Origin: Methanoregula sp.
GTDB lineage: Archaea; Halobacteriota; Methanomicrobia; Methanomicrobiales; Methanospirillaceae
DNA length: 64,000 nucleotides
Reading direction: 5' to 3'
Assembly: GCA_026394595.1 (NCBI GenBank)
Contig: JAPKXX010000045.1
Coordinates: forward strand, 4,024 to 68,023
Below the pieces are notes generated by a model. The model saw only the letters and a program-made list of their open reading frames with translations, made no database searches and was not told the DNA's origin. Below are positions 1 through 15,428 of the stretch, in pieces. The position numbers were made by a program, and so were the translations under genes. Position 1 is the first letter of the stretch. Every line of letters starts with the position of its first letter.

Positions 1-1
1 T

Positions 2-928
2 CTGGAAGTATCGTTTCCATCCGTCGCAGGGCATCTGAAGTTTGTTGATCTCATGCGGGCACTAGGCCTGACCAATGATCAGGAGATCGTAAATGCAGTC
101 TCTACAGACGAGGATATCCTTACCTTCATGATGCAGAACCTCGAAGAGAGCGAGTGCGATTCTGTAGACTGTGGCGTCATGTATGTAGGCAAGAAACTGG
201 CGCCGAACCAGACAAAGGACTACCAGCGCAAGCGGGCGGAGTTTGTCCTTGATAATTACCTCCTCCCCCACCTTAATTACCAGCATGGAAACCAAAAGGA
301 GGGCGACGAAGGGTATCTCGAATCGATCCAGAGTGAACGCCTTGCAAAGGCACACTTCCTGGGACGCATGGCGGAAGCATGTTTTGACCTCGTATTGCAG
401 AAGCGTCGGATCGACGACAAGGACCACTATTCAAACAAGCGCCTGAAACTCGCCGGGGACCTGATGGAAGACCTTTTCCGCATCTCCCTCAACCGTCTTA
501 CCCGCGACATCAAATATCAGCTTGAGCGGGCGAGCATGCGCCACCGTGACCTCTCGATTGCCACAGCCGTTCGTGCGGATGTGCTGACCGAGCGTCTGCT
601 CCACCCCCTTGCCACCGGCAACTGGGTGGGTGGCAGGACCGGTGTCTCCCAGCTCCTCGATCGCGTTGACCATATGAGCGTGCTATCCCACCTGCGCCGG
701 GTTATCTCACCGCTCTCACGATCGCAACCGCATTTCGAGGCGCGCGATCTGCACCCGACACAGTGGGGCAGGATCTGCCCCAGTGAGACTCCCGAAGGCC
801 CGAATTGTGGTCTGGTGAAGAACTTTGCCCAAATGGTTGAGATCAGCAAAGGAGTTGACAAAGAGGAGGAAGTGATGCGGATCCTGTACTCGCTCGGCGT
901 CGAGAAGATCCGGGGTGAGGTGCGATGA
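2..928 (+). CDS. rpoB2: DNA-directed RNA polymerase subunit B'' (C-terminal part; 5' end lies left of the window)
   Basis: The frame is open from nt 2 ([23 protein letters not shown]...). It contains [24 protein letters not shown], typical of the second-largest RNAP subunit. The TGA at 926-928 overlaps the next ATG (ATGA). It is first in the archaeal B''-B'-A'-A'' order. Confidence 0.9.
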   Translation: MEVSFPSVAGHLKFVDLMRALGLTNDQEIVNAVSTDEDILTFMMQNLEESECDSVDCGVMYVGKKLAPNQTKDYQRKRAEFVLDNYLLPHLNYQHGNQKEGDEGYLESIQSERLAKAHFLGRMAEACFDLVLQKRRIDDKDHYSNKRLKLAGDLMEDLFRISLNRLTRDIKYQLERASMRHRDLSIATAVRADVLTERLLHPLATGNWVGGRTGVSQLLDRVDHMSVLSHLRRVISPLSRSQPHFEARDLHPTQWGRICPSETPEGPNCGLVKNFAQMVEISKGVDKEEEVMRILYSLGVEKIRGEVR

Positions 929-2742
929 CAAAGAAGTCACGCGTCTTTGTAGATGGGGCGCTCATCGGATTAGCCGATGAAGGAAAATCGCTTGTACAGA
1001 ATATTCGTTCGATGCGGCGGCGGAGTGCGATCTCGTCCGAGTTGAACGTCTCGTTTAAGGAATATAACGGTGATGTAGTAATCCTGACCGACAGGGGCAG
1101 GGCACGCCGCCCACTCATTGTGCTGCACGAAGGCAAGCCCCTCATTTCCGATGATGATCTTGGGAAGCTTGCACGGCGTGAGCTGGAATTTGATCACTTT
1201 GTCCGGCATGGAATGATCGAGTTCATCGATGCGGAGGAGGAAGAGGACCTCTTCATTGCGATGAACCCCAACGATACGACACCGGAGCACACGCACCTTG
1301 AGATCGACCCCTCCCTGATTCTTGGTATAGGCGCAGCACACGTACCGTTTCCCGAGCACAACGCAAGTCCGCGTGTCACAATGGGCGCGGGGATGGTAAA
1401 ACAGGCGCTCGGTTTTGGCGCTGCGAACATGAAGCTGCGCCCTGACACGCGCGGACACCTGCTCCACTATGTGCAAAAACCCCTCACTCATACCCAGACA
1501 TCGGAGCTGATCGGTTCCGATGACCGTCCTGCAGGACAGAATTTTGTCGTAGCGATCTTAAGCTACGAGGGTTACAACATCGAGGACGCGCTCATCTTCA
1601 ACAAAGCATCCATTGACCGGGGGCTTGGGCGGTCACACTTCTTCCGGACGTACGAGGGCGAAGAGCGCAGATATCCCGGTGGACAGGTTGACCGGATTGA
1701 GATCCCCGAAGAGGATGTGAGTGGTGCCCATGGCACCGAGGCGTACAAGAATCTCGATGAAGACGGTGTTATCAATCCTGAAACGATTGTTATGGAGAAG
1801 GATGTGCTGATCGGTAAGACATCCCCCCCGCGGTTCCTCGAAGAACCAACGAGTGACCTGATAACAGTCGAAAAACGACGTGACACTTCAGTAACAATGC
1901 GCAGCAACGAGCATGGCATTGTTGACACGGTGATTATAACAGAGGGAGAGAACAGCTCCCGGCTTGTCAAGGTCAGGACCCGCGACCTTCGGATACCCGA
2001 AGTCGGCGACAAGTTCGCCTCCCGGCACGGGCAGAAAGGAGTGATCGGCCTGATCTCCCAGCAGGAAGACATGCCGTTTACCGAGAGCGGCCAGGTGCCT
2101 GACCTGATCATCAACCCCCATGCAATCCCGAGTCGGATGACGATCGGGCACATGCTCGAGATGCTCGGCGGTAAGGTCGGTGCGCTAGAAGGCCGCAGAA
2201 TCAACGGCACTGCCTTTGGCGGTGAATCTGAGAGCACGATCCGCCAGTCACTGAAAAAGATTGGGTTCTCCCATAATGGACGCGAGGTGATGTGTGATGG
2301 CATCACAGGCAAGACGTTCAAGGCGGACATCTATATCGGCGTGATCTATTACCAGAAACTCTACCATATGGTCTCATCCAAGATGCACGCACGTTCAAGG
2401 GGCCCGGTTCAGGTGCTCACCCGCCAGCCAACGGAAGGCAGGGCCCGCGAGGGTGGATTACGGTTCGGTGAGATGGAGCGTGACGTGATGATCGGGCACG
2501 GTGCCGCTATGGCATTGAAGGAGCGCCTGCTCGACGAATCCGACAAGGTGCAGGAGTACGTGTGCGCCCACTGCGGCATGGTCGCGATGCTCGACCGGAA
2601 ACGGAATATGACCCGCTGCCTTGCCTGCGGGAACGAGACGGATATCTACCCGGTCGAGATGAGTTATGCGTTCAAGCTGCTGCTTGACGAGATGAAGAGC
2701 ATGGGGATCGCCCCAAGGCTGAAGCTTGAGGACGTCGTCTAG
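925..2742 (+). CDS. rpoB1: DNA-directed RNA polymerase subunit B'
   Basis: 605 aa with [15 protein letters not shown] and the C-terminal zinc motif CAHCG...CLACG, which are hallmarks of the C-terminal half of RNAP subunit B. Confidence 0.95.
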   Translation: MTKKSRVFVDGALIGLADEGKSLVQNIRSMRRRSAISSELNVSFKEYNGDVVILTDRGRARRPLIVLHEGKPLISDDDLGKLARRELEFDHFVRHGMIEFIDAEEEEDLFIAMNPNDTTPEHTHLEIDPSLILGIGAAHVPFPEHNASPRVTMGAGMVKQALGFGAANMKLRPDTRGHLLHYVQKPLTHTQTSELIGSDDRPAGQNFVVAILSYEGYNIEDALIFNKASIDRGLGRSHFFRTYEGEERRYPGGQVDRIEIPEEDVSGAHGTEAYKNLDEDGVINPETIVMEKDVLIGKTSPPRFLEEPTSDLITVEKRRDTSVTMRSNEHGIVDTVIITEGENSSRLVKVRTRDLRIPEVGDKFASRHGQKGVIGLISQQEDMPFTESGQVPDLIINPHAIPSRMTIGHMLEMLGGKVGALEGRRINGTAFGGESESTIRQSLKKIGFSHNGREVMCDGITGKTFKADIYIGVIYYQKLYHMVSSKMHARSRGPVQVLTRQPTEGRAREGGLRFGEMERDVMIGHGAAMALKERLLDESDKVQEYVCAHCGMVAMLDRKRNMTRCLACGNETDIYPVEMSYAFKLLLDEMKSMGIAPRLKLEDVV

Positions 2743-2752
2743 GAGGTGCACC

Positions 2753-6561
<3,809 letters not shown>

Positions 6562-6566
6562 GAGAA

Positions 6567-6863
6567 TTGCGAATGGATTTTAATGCTTCATTGCGCAGAG
6601 CGATAAAAACCGGAATTGTCATTCTTGGTCAGCACAACACGCAAAAATGTATCAAAGAGGGCAAAGCGCAGATTGTCGTCATCGCAAAGAATTGCCCGGA
6701 GAAATTCAGAGCCAATATATCAAGCTATGAGAATCTTTTTATCCATACATTTGAGGGTTCGAGTGTCGCGCTTGGTAAATCCTGTGGGAAACCGTTCATG
6801 GTAAGCACGCTTGCTGTCGTGGACCCGGGGGAGTCAGATATTCTTTCCCTCAAGAGGGTATGA
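6567..6863 (+). CDS. rpl30e: 50S ribosomal protein L30e
   Basis: 98 aa reading like L30e/L7Ae-fold (KTGIVILGQHNTQKCIKEGKAQIVVIAKNCP). It occupies the conserved position between rpoA'' and nusA. Confidence 0.9.
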   Translation: MRMDFNASLRRAIKTGIVILGQHNTQKCIKEGKAQIVVIAKNCPEKFRANISSYENLFIHTFEGSSVALGKSCGKPFMVSTLAVVDPGESDILSLKRV

Positions 6864-6864
6864 T

Positions 6865-7329
6865 ATGGCGGAAGTCAAACTGACAGAGGACTGTATGCGC
6901 CTCATCTCCCAGTTTGAGAGCCTTACTGGCGCCGGAAGCCGCGACTGCGTTGTTGATGAGCGTAATGGCAGGCTTATTTTTGTGGTGAACCCCGGTGATA
7001 TGGGGCTTGCGATCGGGAAAAAAGGTGCGAGTATCAAGAAAGCCTCGGAAGTCATGGGAAAGAAGATCGAGGTCGTTGAATATAACAGCAACCCTGAACA
7101 GTTCATCAAGAACTGCTTTTTACCCGCTCAGGTCACTTCCATGACATTCGAAGGTGAACCCGGAGAGCAGAACGTTCAGGTCGAGGTACGAGATGAAGAT
7201 CGCGGGATCGCGATTGGAAAAGACGGAAAAAACATCTTCAAGGCAAAAAAGCTCGCTCAGCGCCAGCATAATATCATAGACGTGCAGATCCTGCAAAAAC
7301 CAATGATGGAAGAGCCGGCTCCCCAGTAA
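6865..7329 (+). CDS. nusA: Archaeal NusA-like transcription termination/elongation factor (two KH domains)
   Basis: The ATG at 6865 lies right after the L30e stop. It has two KH GxxG motifs (GLAIGKKGASIKK, GIAIGKDGKNIFK). Position is conserved. Confidence 0.85.
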   Translation: MAEVKLTEDCMRLISQFESLTGAGSRDCVVDERNGRLIFVVNPGDMGLAIGKKGASIKKASEVMGKKIEVVEYNSNPEQFIKNCFLPAQVTSMTFEGEPGEQNVQVEVRDEDRGIAIGKDGKNIFKAKKLAQRQHNIIDVQILQKPMMEEPAPQ

Positions 7330-7450
7330 TTTTAAATATCCTTTTTTAAAGGGATAATCACTCCCTGGTAATTTTTTCATTTCTCGCTTCCCTAATTGCG
7401 ATCGATTGTACAAGATACTCAATTAACTTTCACTCATTATTAAAAAAGAA

Positions 7451-7525
7451 CGGGCCTGGGGGGATTTGAACCCCCGACACCCGGGTTAGAAGCCCGGCGC
7501 TATGTCCAAGCTAAGCCACAAGCCC
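7451..7525 (-). tRNA. tRNA-Arg (anticodon TCT)
   Basis: The reverse complement folds by hand into a cloverleaf. Acceptor stem is GGGCTTG/CAGGCCC, anticodon stem CCGGG/CCCGG with loop CTTCTAA, and T arm GGGGG-TTCAAAT-CCCCC. Discriminator is G and no CCA is encoded. Confidence 0.85.
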
Positions 7526-7617
7526 CGACGCCTATTAGATTCGTATTCTGGGATAATTAAGGTGTGTCCTGCCCGGGTCACTTATAAAAAGAACGTGCTG
7601 AACACCCGGAATTTTTT

Positions 7618-7902
7618 TCATTTCTTGCTTCTCTCTATGGTCTCTTTCATGCGGTCAGCTTTTTCCTTGATCTGCCGGATCCTGCTGTCAGTACTTGCTG
7701 AATCGGCATGGGTCAGTCCGAACCATATCGAAGCGCACCCGACACCAAAGATCGCAATCGAGATAATAACATTATTTGGATTACTAGGAAAGATGCCAAA
7801 CATGGCTGTGGCAAAGAGCACCAGCACGATTCCGGCATAGGGAATCATCCACTCAAAGGACTTTTGATCTTTTTTTTCTCCAGATGATACCTCTTTTACC
7901 AT
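7618..7902 (-). CDS. Small hypothetical membrane protein
   Basis: 94-aa ORF with two hydrophobic stretches (IPYAGIVLVLFATAMFGIF, IAIFGVGCASIWFGL). I recognise no family. Confidence 0.4.
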   Translation of the reverse strand: MVKEVSSGEKKDQKSFEWMIPYAGIVLVLFATAMFGIFPSNPNNVIISIAIFGVGCASIWFGLTHADSASTDSRIRQIKEKADRMKETIERSKK

Positions 7903-8070
7903 GTGATAATTCCTTTTTTATTAATTCTCATAAAGGACGATATATTAGGTTTTTGATTTGGATCTGTCGATCTTCCCTATGATTATATTAAAATTTGGTC
8001 AAGCTTTAGGAAAAAGAATAATCTATTGAAACGGTCATCACGACCGGATTATTATTGATTGAGTGCTATT

Positions 8071-8478
8071 TTACCCCGCATGGTAACACGATGACTTGAG
8101 CACTTCAACCGCTGTCGGCTGGATCATCCCTTCATGGAAGACTGCCTTCACGACAGATGCTGCGCAGTACTTTACCTGAATACGGGCTGACATCCGCTCC
8201 CGCTCCTCATAGTTCAGCCCGTGTATGAACTCGACGATCCGCTTCATCATGATATTGACGGAAAGCACGTACACGCAGATGCCGGTATCACCAGGTGTAA
8301 GGTCCTCCATATCGATCGAGGTCATAAAAAGGTGCGTCTCCGGGCCTGGGATGATATTTGCAAGCGTGATGATATTGTGGGTGCTCTGGATCTCGATGGT
8401 ACGGGGGCGCCCCGCTTTAAGATCCCTGATGATGTCTGGGGATATGCCGGTTAATGCTGGACATTTCATTGCAATCAC
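8071..8478 (-). CDS. Hypothetical protein (conserved-looking, family not recognised)
   Basis: 135-aa ORF whose start overlaps the stop of the upstream PAC2-like gene by 4 nt, which suggests an operon. Confidence 0.45.
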   Translation of the reverse strand: MIAMKCPALTGISPDIIRDLKAGRPRTIEIQSTHNIITLANIIPGPETHLFMTSIDMEDLTPGDTGICVYVLSVNIMMKRIVEFIHGLNYEERERMSARIQVKYCAASVVKAVFHEGMIQPTAVEVLKSSCYHAG

Positions 8479-9287
8479 CCGTACATCGGAAGATCTTTTT
8501 TAGGTGCCTGTTCTGCGGACTGTACTTCTTGGGCGACCCTTTGCATGCTCTGCTCGATCTCAACAGCCTGCTCAAGGAGTGGCTGGGTGTCGAGATTCAG
8601 GTTATACATCTTGTTGAGCACATCGATTGTCACCGCAGATGACCTTGGGTCGGGCGCATTTACGGTCTCTCCCAGAAGCCCATACGCCGGGATGCCACGG
8701 ATCTTGCACTCGGTGAGAATGCTCGATGCGATCCCCGAAATACTCCCGATAGGTAAAATCAGTGTGAGGTCCTGAATTCGCTGGAGTGCCTGGGGCGTAG
8801 TTGCGACACCAAATACCCGCTTCTCCGGCTCGTTTGTTATAATACCCGCGATTGTCACCACCTCCTTTGGCTTGAAGGGACTCAGCCAGTCCATGATCCC
8901 GTTGGAAACTTCGTAGCAGATCATCGGGTGGATCGGGATTTCGGCAACAATTGCAGCGATGTCATTCTTTGCATAAATCCGGACCGGATCATTGATCACC
9001 CCTTTGTTCATCATTGCAAGCGGTGGGAAGAACTTGGAGGTCATCGTACCGATCAGCTCGAACTCGAGCTGGTCGACCATATACTGGAGCGCGATGCTCC
9101 CGACAAGCCCGCTTCCGGGAAAACCCATAAGGACGGCAGTGTCAGGTGAAGGGAGTGGTTTTGATAAGATTTTGATTTCATCTTTTTTTAACGCATCAAC
9201 AGATTTATGTATATCTTCAAGTCTGTTGATTATATTTTTAATTTCTTCATAGTAATCCGTGGTCATTAGATTAACATATACGCACAT
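8475..9287 (-). CDS. PAC2-family (proteasome assembly chaperone-like) protein
   Basis: 270 aa with VLMGFPGSGLVGSIALQYMVDQL...FFPPLAMM...VRIYA, as in the archaeal PAC2/COG2047 family. An alternative ATG is at 9266. Confidence 0.7.
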   Translation of the reverse strand: MCVYVNLMTTDYYEEIKNIINRLEDIHKSVDALKKDEIKILSKPLPSPDTAVLMGFPGSGLVGSIALQYMVDQLEFELIGTMTSKFFPPLAMMNKGVINDPVRIYAKNDIAAIVAEIPIHPMICYEVSNGIMDWLSPFKPKEVVTIAGIITNEPEKRVFGVATTPQALQRIQDLTLILPIGSISGIASSILTECKIRGIPAYGLLGETVNAPDPRSSAVTIDVLNKMYNLNLDTQPLLEQAVEIEQSMQRVAQEVQSAEQAPKKDLPMYG

Positions 9288-9301
9288 GCTAAAAAAGTAT
9301 T

Positions 9302-9616
9302 ATGCAGGAATATCCGATTAAACGCGGTTTAACCCGGGACCTTCAGGGCCGGATTGTCGCGGAATTAAAGAACTGTTTCGGGATCGAGCCGGTGGATGCA
9401 GGCGGCAAATTCCGAATCAGCTTTGGCGCCCTCAAACGGCTTGATGTCAAAGCGGGTAATGGTGATAAAACGGTCATTATCGATACTGAATCCAACATGA
9501 ACGTAAGCGACGAGGAAATCCTCGATACCAACAAGCGGTTCCGGAAATACCTTGATGCGGTAACAGGGTTTTCGACAAAGGAGCGGGTAAAGCGGGCGAA
9601 GGGCAAAGTGGAGTAA
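9302..9616 (+). CDS. Hypothetical protein
   Basis: 104-aa ORF with core-like composition. It is followed by a T-run and a GC hairpin at 9692-9716. Confidence 0.5.
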   Translation: MQEYPIKRGLTRDLQGRIVAELKNCFGIEPVDAGGKFRISFGALKRLDVKAGNGDKTVIIDTESNMNVSDEEILDTNKRFRKYLDAVTGFSTKERVKRAKGKVE

Positions 9617-9750
9617 TTAAAAAAATTCCTGTAAAGGCTCTGTAGAATTCCTTGTTTTTAGGTGATTATATACAATCACACGCAGGGTAAAGGAGGGGAC
9701 AGGCACGGTCCCCTCCCACTATGTTGGGAATACGTTTCATCATATTTATC

Positions 9751-9790
9751 AAAAAAAAAAATTCGCACATACTAACTCCTTGTTAGTATG
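9751..9790 (-). terminator. Putative leuS terminator (hairpin plus T11 on the minus strand)
   Basis: A perfect 9-bp stem CATACTAAC/GTTAGTATG (9768-9790, 5-nt loop) lies just after the leuS stop. On the minus strand it is followed by 11 T (9751-9761). Oligo-T is the archaeal termination signal. Confidence 0.4.
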
Positions 9791-9813
9791 CGATCTTACA
9801 CAATCACCAAAAA

Positions 9814-12594
9814 TTATTCAATCACTATCGCCGGCTTGAATGGCAACGCAGTCAATGCCTTTGCATGTGCACTGCCTTCTGCATCGGTGATGTGGACCGG
9901 GACGCCGAACTCTTTTTCAAGGAATGATTTTGCCTGCTCAAAGACCGCACGCTCGTTGACACCCTCTGATGCGATCATCTCCACAATCTGCGGGGGCAGC
10001 CTGTGGATCAGGTTGGTGCACTGTTTTACGGTGTCCATCGCCTCTTTCCCGCGCCTGCGCATTGCATTGTCTTTCATGATCTCGCGGATGGCGAGGGTCT
10101 TATCTGCCGAGCGGGCAATCGTGATGAACACCGTGTGTTTCCATAACGGTGCGAGAGAGAGTGTGATGCATTTGGGCGTGATCTGGATCAGTTTTCTGAT
10201 CGAATCGATATCCTCGACGGTTCGCAGGAGCAGCTCCTCGGCAAGCTCGATACGACGGTTTACCAGTTTTTTATCTTCGACCGGCCAGTCAGCAAACGAG
10301 ACAAGCCCCTGCTCACCGAATTCCTGCCAGAGTTTCTCACAGGTAAACGGGATGAATGGGGCAAGGAGGCGCACCCATGCCGAGCAGAGCGAAACGAGCA
10401 TCCTGCTCCCATCGCATCCTTCGGAAAGACGGCGCCGGTACCACTTCAGGTCGTTCTCGATCCCGAAATATGCTTCCTGGAGCGCCTGCCGGGTCTGGAA
10501 ATTGTCCAGCGCTGTGGTAGTGCGCCCGATATGTTCCTGAAGACGGCTCATCAGCCAGATGTCGATATCTTCCGGCTCCCCCCCGACATCTTTCATCTCA
10601 TGTATAGCATTATAGAACCGCTCTATCTGCTTTTTTGTAGAGAGGACCAGTTCGTTGCGCCAATCAAAGTCCTGCCATGGTTCGGCACTGCCCATTAAAA
10701 ACATCCGCACGGTGTCGGCACCAAACTCATTGATTGCATCCTCGAGTAAAAAGACGTTACCCTTGGACGAGGACATCTTGGCCCCGTTTAACAGCCCCAT
10801 ACCGAAGACAACCATCCCTTTCGGGAGCTGATGTTTTTGGAAGATGGCGACATGGTGAAAGATCTGGAAGGTGAGATGATTGGAGATCAGGTCTTTTGCT
10901 GAGAACCGGAAGTTGTACGGATACCAGTACAAAAACTCCTTTCTCATTGCATCGAGTTTCTCCTTTTCGGGCAGGTTGGGGGATTCTATGCCAAGGAAAA
11001 TATAATCAAACACCTCGGGTGTGAGTTTTTCAGGTGATATTTCTCGGATCCTGTGGGCGATGGTGTAGTATGCCATGTAGATAGTCGAATCAGAGAGGGG
11101 CTCAATCAGCTGGGTAGTATCCCACGGGAACCGTGTACCCAACCCTACCCGCCGTGTGCACGCCCAGTCCTTAAGCCAGTCGACCGTCCGATCAAATTCA
11201 AGGCGCACTTCCGGGGGGACAAGCACCATATCCCTCAATTGGTCCGAGACCTGCGACTTCCACGATTGGTCGCTGTACTTCAGGAACCATTGGTCGTGGA
11301 GGATCTTTACCTGCACGCGGTTACCGCAGCGGCAGACAACAGGGCGGGTATCGAACTCGTACATGATAACAGACCCGTATTTCTCGATCATCTCCTGAGC
11401 AACCTCTTCACGGGCGATACGGACGGGTTTTCCCCCGAACCTTTCGAAGAGTTTTCCTTTGGAAAATTCTGCAGAATAGATCTCCTGCGTGAGTTCCTCC
11501 ATGCGGGTATCAAGCTGGTTGATAATGCCTGCCGTTTCCACAGCATCCTGCGCAGGGATCTCCCCGTATCCTTCCACTTTGATCAGAGGGATCGGTTTGA
11601 TATTTTTGTATTTTCCCTGCCGCTGGAGGTCGCGCAGCGCGATGAAGTCGAACGGTGCATGGGCAGGTACGCTCATCACCATACCCGAAGCCATATCAGG
11701 GTCAACAAAGTCTGCAGGAAGGATCTGGATCTCACCGCACAGTGGGTGGGATACGGTTTTGTTAATGAGATCCCTGCCCGTAATCTCCTTTTCGATGGTG
11801 ACAACGTGATCCTGCAGTTGGAGTTTCTCCGCCGCCTCCCTGCTGATAACCCATGGTTTTCCATCGACCAGCGCCCGGACATAGGTGACATTGGGGTTCA
11901 CCCATAGATTCGTGACACCGTGAATGGTCTCCGGGCGCAGCGTGGCGGTCGGGATTATTGCATCATCGAATTTGAAGATGACGAGCGTGAATTTGATCAC
12001 CTCAGCTTTATCCCCTTCCAGGAGATCGTGGTCACCTACAGGATTCTCATCATGCGTGCAGTACCTCACCGGGTGTACCCCCTTGGTTACGTGCCCCGCC
12101 TCATACAGGTGCTTCCACTGCCATTCGATGAACTTTGAATACGTCGGATCAACGGTAGTAAACCGGCGGCGCCAGTCAATTGACAGACCACACCCGGTCA
12201 TAACCCGCTGGTATTCGTCGGAAAAATGTTTGACAATCGTCAAGGGATCCGTGAACTTATCCAACACCGCGGGCGGCACTTTATAGAGATCGCGATAGAG
12301 CTTGATGGTCTTCTCATCCTTCCGGGCGATCCGTTTCGAGATCCCGATCACCGGCGCACCCGTCACATGGAATGCCATCGGGTAGAGCACCTGCATTCCC
12401 CGCATCCGCCAGAACCTTGCTATCACATCGGGAACAATATATGTCCGCCCGTGCCCGACATGCATCGCGCCACTGGGGTACGGGTAGGCGACGGTCAGGT
12501 AGTACTTCTCTTTTTGTGACGGGTTGGATTCGAAGGCATGCGTCCACCTCTCCAGTGCTTCCTTCTGAAACGCTGCAAGATCAAATTCGGTCAC
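9814..12594 (-). CDS. leuS: Leucine--tRNA ligase
   Basis: 926 aa with the HIGH-type motif HVGHGRTY and the KMSKS-type motif KMSSSKGN. Length is typical of archaeal LeuRS. Confidence 0.95.
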   Translation of the reverse strand: MTEFDLAAFQKEALERWTHAFESNPSQKEKYYLTVAYPYPSGAMHVGHGRTYIVPDVIARFWRMRGMQVLYPMAFHVTGAPVIGISKRIARKDEKTIKLYRDLYKVPPAVLDKFTDPLTIVKHFSDEYQRVMTGCGLSIDWRRRFTTVDPTYSKFIEWQWKHLYEAGHVTKGVHPVRYCTHDENPVGDHDLLEGDKAEVIKFTLVIFKFDDAIIPTATLRPETIHGVTNLWVNPNVTYVRALVDGKPWVISREAAEKLQLQDHVVTIEKEITGRDLINKTVSHPLCGEIQILPADFVDPDMASGMVMSVPAHAPFDFIALRDLQRQGKYKNIKPIPLIKVEGYGEIPAQDAVETAGIINQLDTRMEELTQEIYSAEFSKGKLFERFGGKPVRIAREEVAQEMIEKYGSVIMYEFDTRPVVCRCGNRVQVKILHDQWFLKYSDQSWKSQVSDQLRDMVLVPPEVRLEFDRTVDWLKDWACTRRVGLGTRFPWDTTQLIEPLSDSTIYMAYYTIAHRIREISPEKLTPEVFDYIFLGIESPNLPEKEKLDAMRKEFLYWYPYNFRFSAKDLISNHLTFQIFHHVAIFQKHQLPKGMVVFGMGLLNGAKMSSSKGNVFLLEDAINEFGADTVRMFLMGSAEPWQDFDWRNELVLSTKKQIERFYNAIHEMKDVGGEPEDIDIWLMSRLQEHIGRTTTALDNFQTRQALQEAYFGIENDLKWYRRRLSEGCDGSRMLVSLCSAWVRLLAPFIPFTCEKLWQEFGEQGLVSFADWPVEDKKLVNRRIELAEELLLRTVEDIDSIRKLIQITPKCITLSLAPLWKHTVFITIARSADKTLAIREIMKDNAMRRRGKEAMDTVKQCTNLIHRLPPQIVEMIASEGVNERAVFEQAKSFLEKEFGVPVHITDAEGSAHAKALTALPFKPAIVIE

Positions 12595-12632
12595 GTGATT
12601 TCACACTCCAAAAAATCCCGCGATGTGGTATG

Positions 12633-14576
12633 TTATACAGGTCGCAGTTTGATAACTTCTCCTGCTGTGGAACGACGGATCATTTCCTGTGCGATACTTG
12701 AATTCTTAGCAAGGTGGATCTCACCATTGTCGTTTACCGTTGCGGTGAACAGGTATTCCTTCCCTGCAAATACGTCAACAATCTTCCCATTGTGGTCAGG
12801 GGCAATGATCATCAGCTGTTTCTTATCTGTGTGGATCTTCACTCCCCCTCCGAGGTTGAACTCCTCCTCCTCCTTTTTCTGCTTTTCGAGTTCGTTTCTG
12901 GGCTTGATGTCGATCCCTATTCCGATCTTGTTCACGATTGCGGAGATGTTCTTCCCTCCTTTCCCGATCGCTGCCGGAACATCTTTGTCATCGATGTAAA
13001 CCACAGCTTTTGTGTCGCTTATCATCTGGACGTCTACGGCACCATCGGTGTACCGTCCGATCTCCCGCTGGATTTCCTTCTCGGAAAACTTCCAGCCCGC
13101 AGGTTCCTGGCTCTCCTTTCGAGGTAACAACTCAGCAGGAGTCCTGACTTGGGGGATTACCTGCGCAACCGGTACAGCGGGTGAGGAACGCGGCGGTTGT
13201 ATGGCAGCTGTTGCTTTCTGGTCTTCGGGATATATCACCGGCATCACGATCGTTTCACCGTCATACCTGAAGACATCGAAGGCAAGCGATCCGGTCTCGT
13301 AATCGCTGACCGTTGTAACAGGCCGGATATGCATCTCATGTGCCATCCCTTCCGGCACTTTGAGGGTAAATCCAATGTCGTAGATCTTGGTGATCACACC
13401 CTCCCTGACAAAGACGATGGTGTTGATGACCTGCGAGAGGACGCCGTAATCAACACGGTCACAGAAACGCTGGAGCGCGTCGCGGACATCAGTTGCGTGG
13501 ACGACGCCGACCATCCCCATACCGGCAAGCCGCATATCAGCGAAGATCCGGAACTCTTCGTTCTTCCGCAGCTCGTCAAAGATAACAAAATCAGGACGCA
13601 CGAGCATCAACACATCTGCGGTGTTCTGCATGCTCCCGTCCAATGCCGTATATTGTGTGATCTGATCTGGCACTTGCAGTTCGCGGGGTGCTTCCATTGT
13701 CTTCACTACGAACCCGTAGTTGGAAAGGAACATGGCGACGCTCTGGGCAAGTGTTGTCTTTCCTGAGCCGGGTGATCCCGCGATAATCAACCCGCGTTTT
13801 TCTCCCGTCAGCCGGTCCTTAATGACCTCTGCCTTAACATAATCTTCGAGGGTCACATCCACGATGGGACGGACCGCGGTGATCTCCATCCCATCTGAGA
13901 ACGGGCGCCGGGCGATTGCGATCCGCATGGACCCAATCTGGACGACCGTAATACCGCGCTTTTCGACCTCGATAAAGCCGTCAGGATTGCGCTTTGCACG
14001 TTCCAGAATCTCCTGTGCAAGTGCCCGTAATTCGAACTCAGTCGTTGGCTGGTCGCGGATTTGCACCAGTTTCATCGCGCTAATCGTTCCTTTCTTTGCG
14101 CAGGGACAGACCCGCTCCTTGAGATATACTGCGATGGTGTGCTCATCAAAGAACTGGTCAATGCCCAAAGGCACAAAATCGGTTATCTGGGGTTTTAAGT
14201 AGATGACATTGAGCCCCTTTGCACGTGCAACCTCTGCCTGAACACTGTCGCTGGTGATAAACTGGGCGCTGTTCTCGATCGCGATATTGCGGATCATCGC
14301 ATCGATCTCCCCGCCACTTGAAAGCTTTACCTGCTCGAGTGTTGGTCGTGTGCCGGAAAATTTCAGTTCTATCACTTTTTCATCTGCAAGCCTGCAGAGC
14401 GCCTGTAATTCGTTGAGGCCGGAAAAACCGATCTCCCTGCCCTGGTTTGCTTGCGCTTCGAGTTCCGCGACAACCGCTTCGGGGACGATTATTGTTGCCC
14501 CTTTGTAATCCCCGGCCTTTATCATCGAAGTAATACGTCCATCAATCAGGACGCTGGTATCCGGTACAATGTTCAT
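12633..14576 (-). CDS. PIN-domain / P-loop ATPase / KH-domain protein (COG1855-type PilT-family ATPase)
   Basis: It has an N-terminal PIN-like IVPDTSVLIDG, Walker A GSPGSGKTT and a C-terminal KH motif AIGKGGKNISAI. Confidence 0.8.
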   Translation of the reverse strand: MNIVPDTSVLIDGRITSMIKAGDYKGATIIVPEAVVAELEAQANQGREIGFSGLNELQALCRLADEKVIELKFSGTRPTLEQVKLSSGGEIDAMIRNIAIENSAQFITSDSVQAEVARAKGLNVIYLKPQITDFVPLGIDQFFDEHTIAVYLKERVCPCAKKGTISAMKLVQIRDQPTTEFELRALAQEILERAKRNPDGFIEVEKRGITVVQIGSMRIAIARRPFSDGMEITAVRPIVDVTLEDYVKAEVIKDRLTGEKRGLIIAGSPGSGKTTLAQSVAMFLSNYGFVVKTMEAPRELQVPDQITQYTALDGSMQNTADVLMLVRPDFVIFDELRKNEEFRIFADMRLAGMGMVGVVHATDVRDALQRFCDRVDYGVLSQVINTIVFVREGVITKIYDIGFTLKVPEGMAHEMHIRPVTTVSDYETGSLAFDVFRYDGETIVMPVIYPEDQKATAAIQPPRSSPAVPVAQVIPQVRTPAELLPRKESQEPAGWKFSEKEIQREIGRYTDGAVDVQMISDTKAVVYIDDKDVPAAIGKGGKNISAIVNKIGIGIDIKPRNELEKQKKEEEEFNLGGGVKIHTDKKQLMIIAPDHNGKIVDVFAGKEYLFTATVNDNGEIHLAKNSSIAQEMIRRSTAGEVIKLRPV

Positions 14577-14870
14577 AAAAATTCATCTCCTGTATGTATT
14601 GCTATTCCAATTGTATTGTTCGCTATTCTATTCCTGAATTCAACGATGGAATATCGTTGATACGGTACATGTATGTGTTGCAAACAATTATATACATACG
14701 CGGGTTTGAGGTGTTTATCTGTTGATAGGAAAAAATAACAGCTTTGTATTTTATGCAAGATCTCCAATACAAGTTTCCGGAACATATCCGGAATTTATTT
14801 ATATAGCAAATTCACGAAAAAATGCAATAATTAATATAAGCATAATCTGATATTCCATCTGATACATTGT

Positions 14871-15299
14871 ATGGCGGGAAAAAGATCCGGCTTTCTGACT
14901 GAACCGAGAAGGGAATATATCAGAATGCCACTAAAGGATCGGGCGGAGTACTATTCCGAAAGTCAGCGGATCCAGCATGACGCCGCGATCCACAAGCAGG
15001 CAACTGTCGCGCTTGAGGATCTCATTCTTATCGCACGCGGGGGCGATGAAGAGATGCTCAAGAACATTTTCTCTAAAGATGCAATGACTGAGCTGCTAGA
15101 TGTTCTGATGGATCGAATCGGTATGGATGAAGTAGGGATCGGGCAATTGTATTATGAGATTCCTGTCAGAGCGATCGAACAAAGGATTCGTAAGAAATAT
15201 TTGGAACACCAGCGCTTCTTCAAACTTGAGGAATCCGAATTCCCGCTTCTTCCCAGCAAACCGGCATATCGCGATGTGAAGGATTATATGAAAAAATAA
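14871..15299 (+). CDS. Hypothetical protein
   Basis: 142-aa ORF downstream of an AT-rich divergent intergenic region. No motif recognised. Confidence 0.45.
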   Translation: MAGKRSGFLTEPRREYIRMPLKDRAEYYSESQRIQHDAAIHKQATVALEDLILIARGGDEEMLKNIFSKDAMTELLDVLMDRIGMDEVGIGQLYYEIPVRAIEQRIRKKYLEHQRFFKLEESEFPLLPSKPAYRDVKDYMKK

Positions 15300-15428
15300 T
15301 TCTCAAGATCACTGGATCCAATATTTGTTTTTCCACTATCCTTTTTTGAAATATCAGATGTATGAACGTACAACTTATCTGAAAAGGGTGATGATTACCG
15401 TGGATCCCATGCATGATTGGCAGGGGAA

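Noticed and set aside
1572-2330. Long antisense ORFs inside rpoB/rpoA (e.g. 1572-2330, 4144-4903 and 5230-6048 on the minus strand)
   Set aside because: They lie fully within strongly recognisable RNAP genes on the opposite strand. Their products are low-complexity Ser/Pro/Arg-rich, typical of shadow frames in GC-rich coding DNA.
7551-7561. TATA-like TTAATTAT about 27-36 nt upstream of the tRNA-Arg 5' end (minus strand)
   Set aside because: The position is plausible but the match to the archaeal TATA/BRE consensus is weak. It is not reported as a feature.
9788-10540. 250-aa plus-strand ORF and other ORFs antisense to leuS
   Set aside because: They overlap the 926-aa LeuRS frame that carries the HIGH and KMSKS motifs, and they have no motifs of their own.
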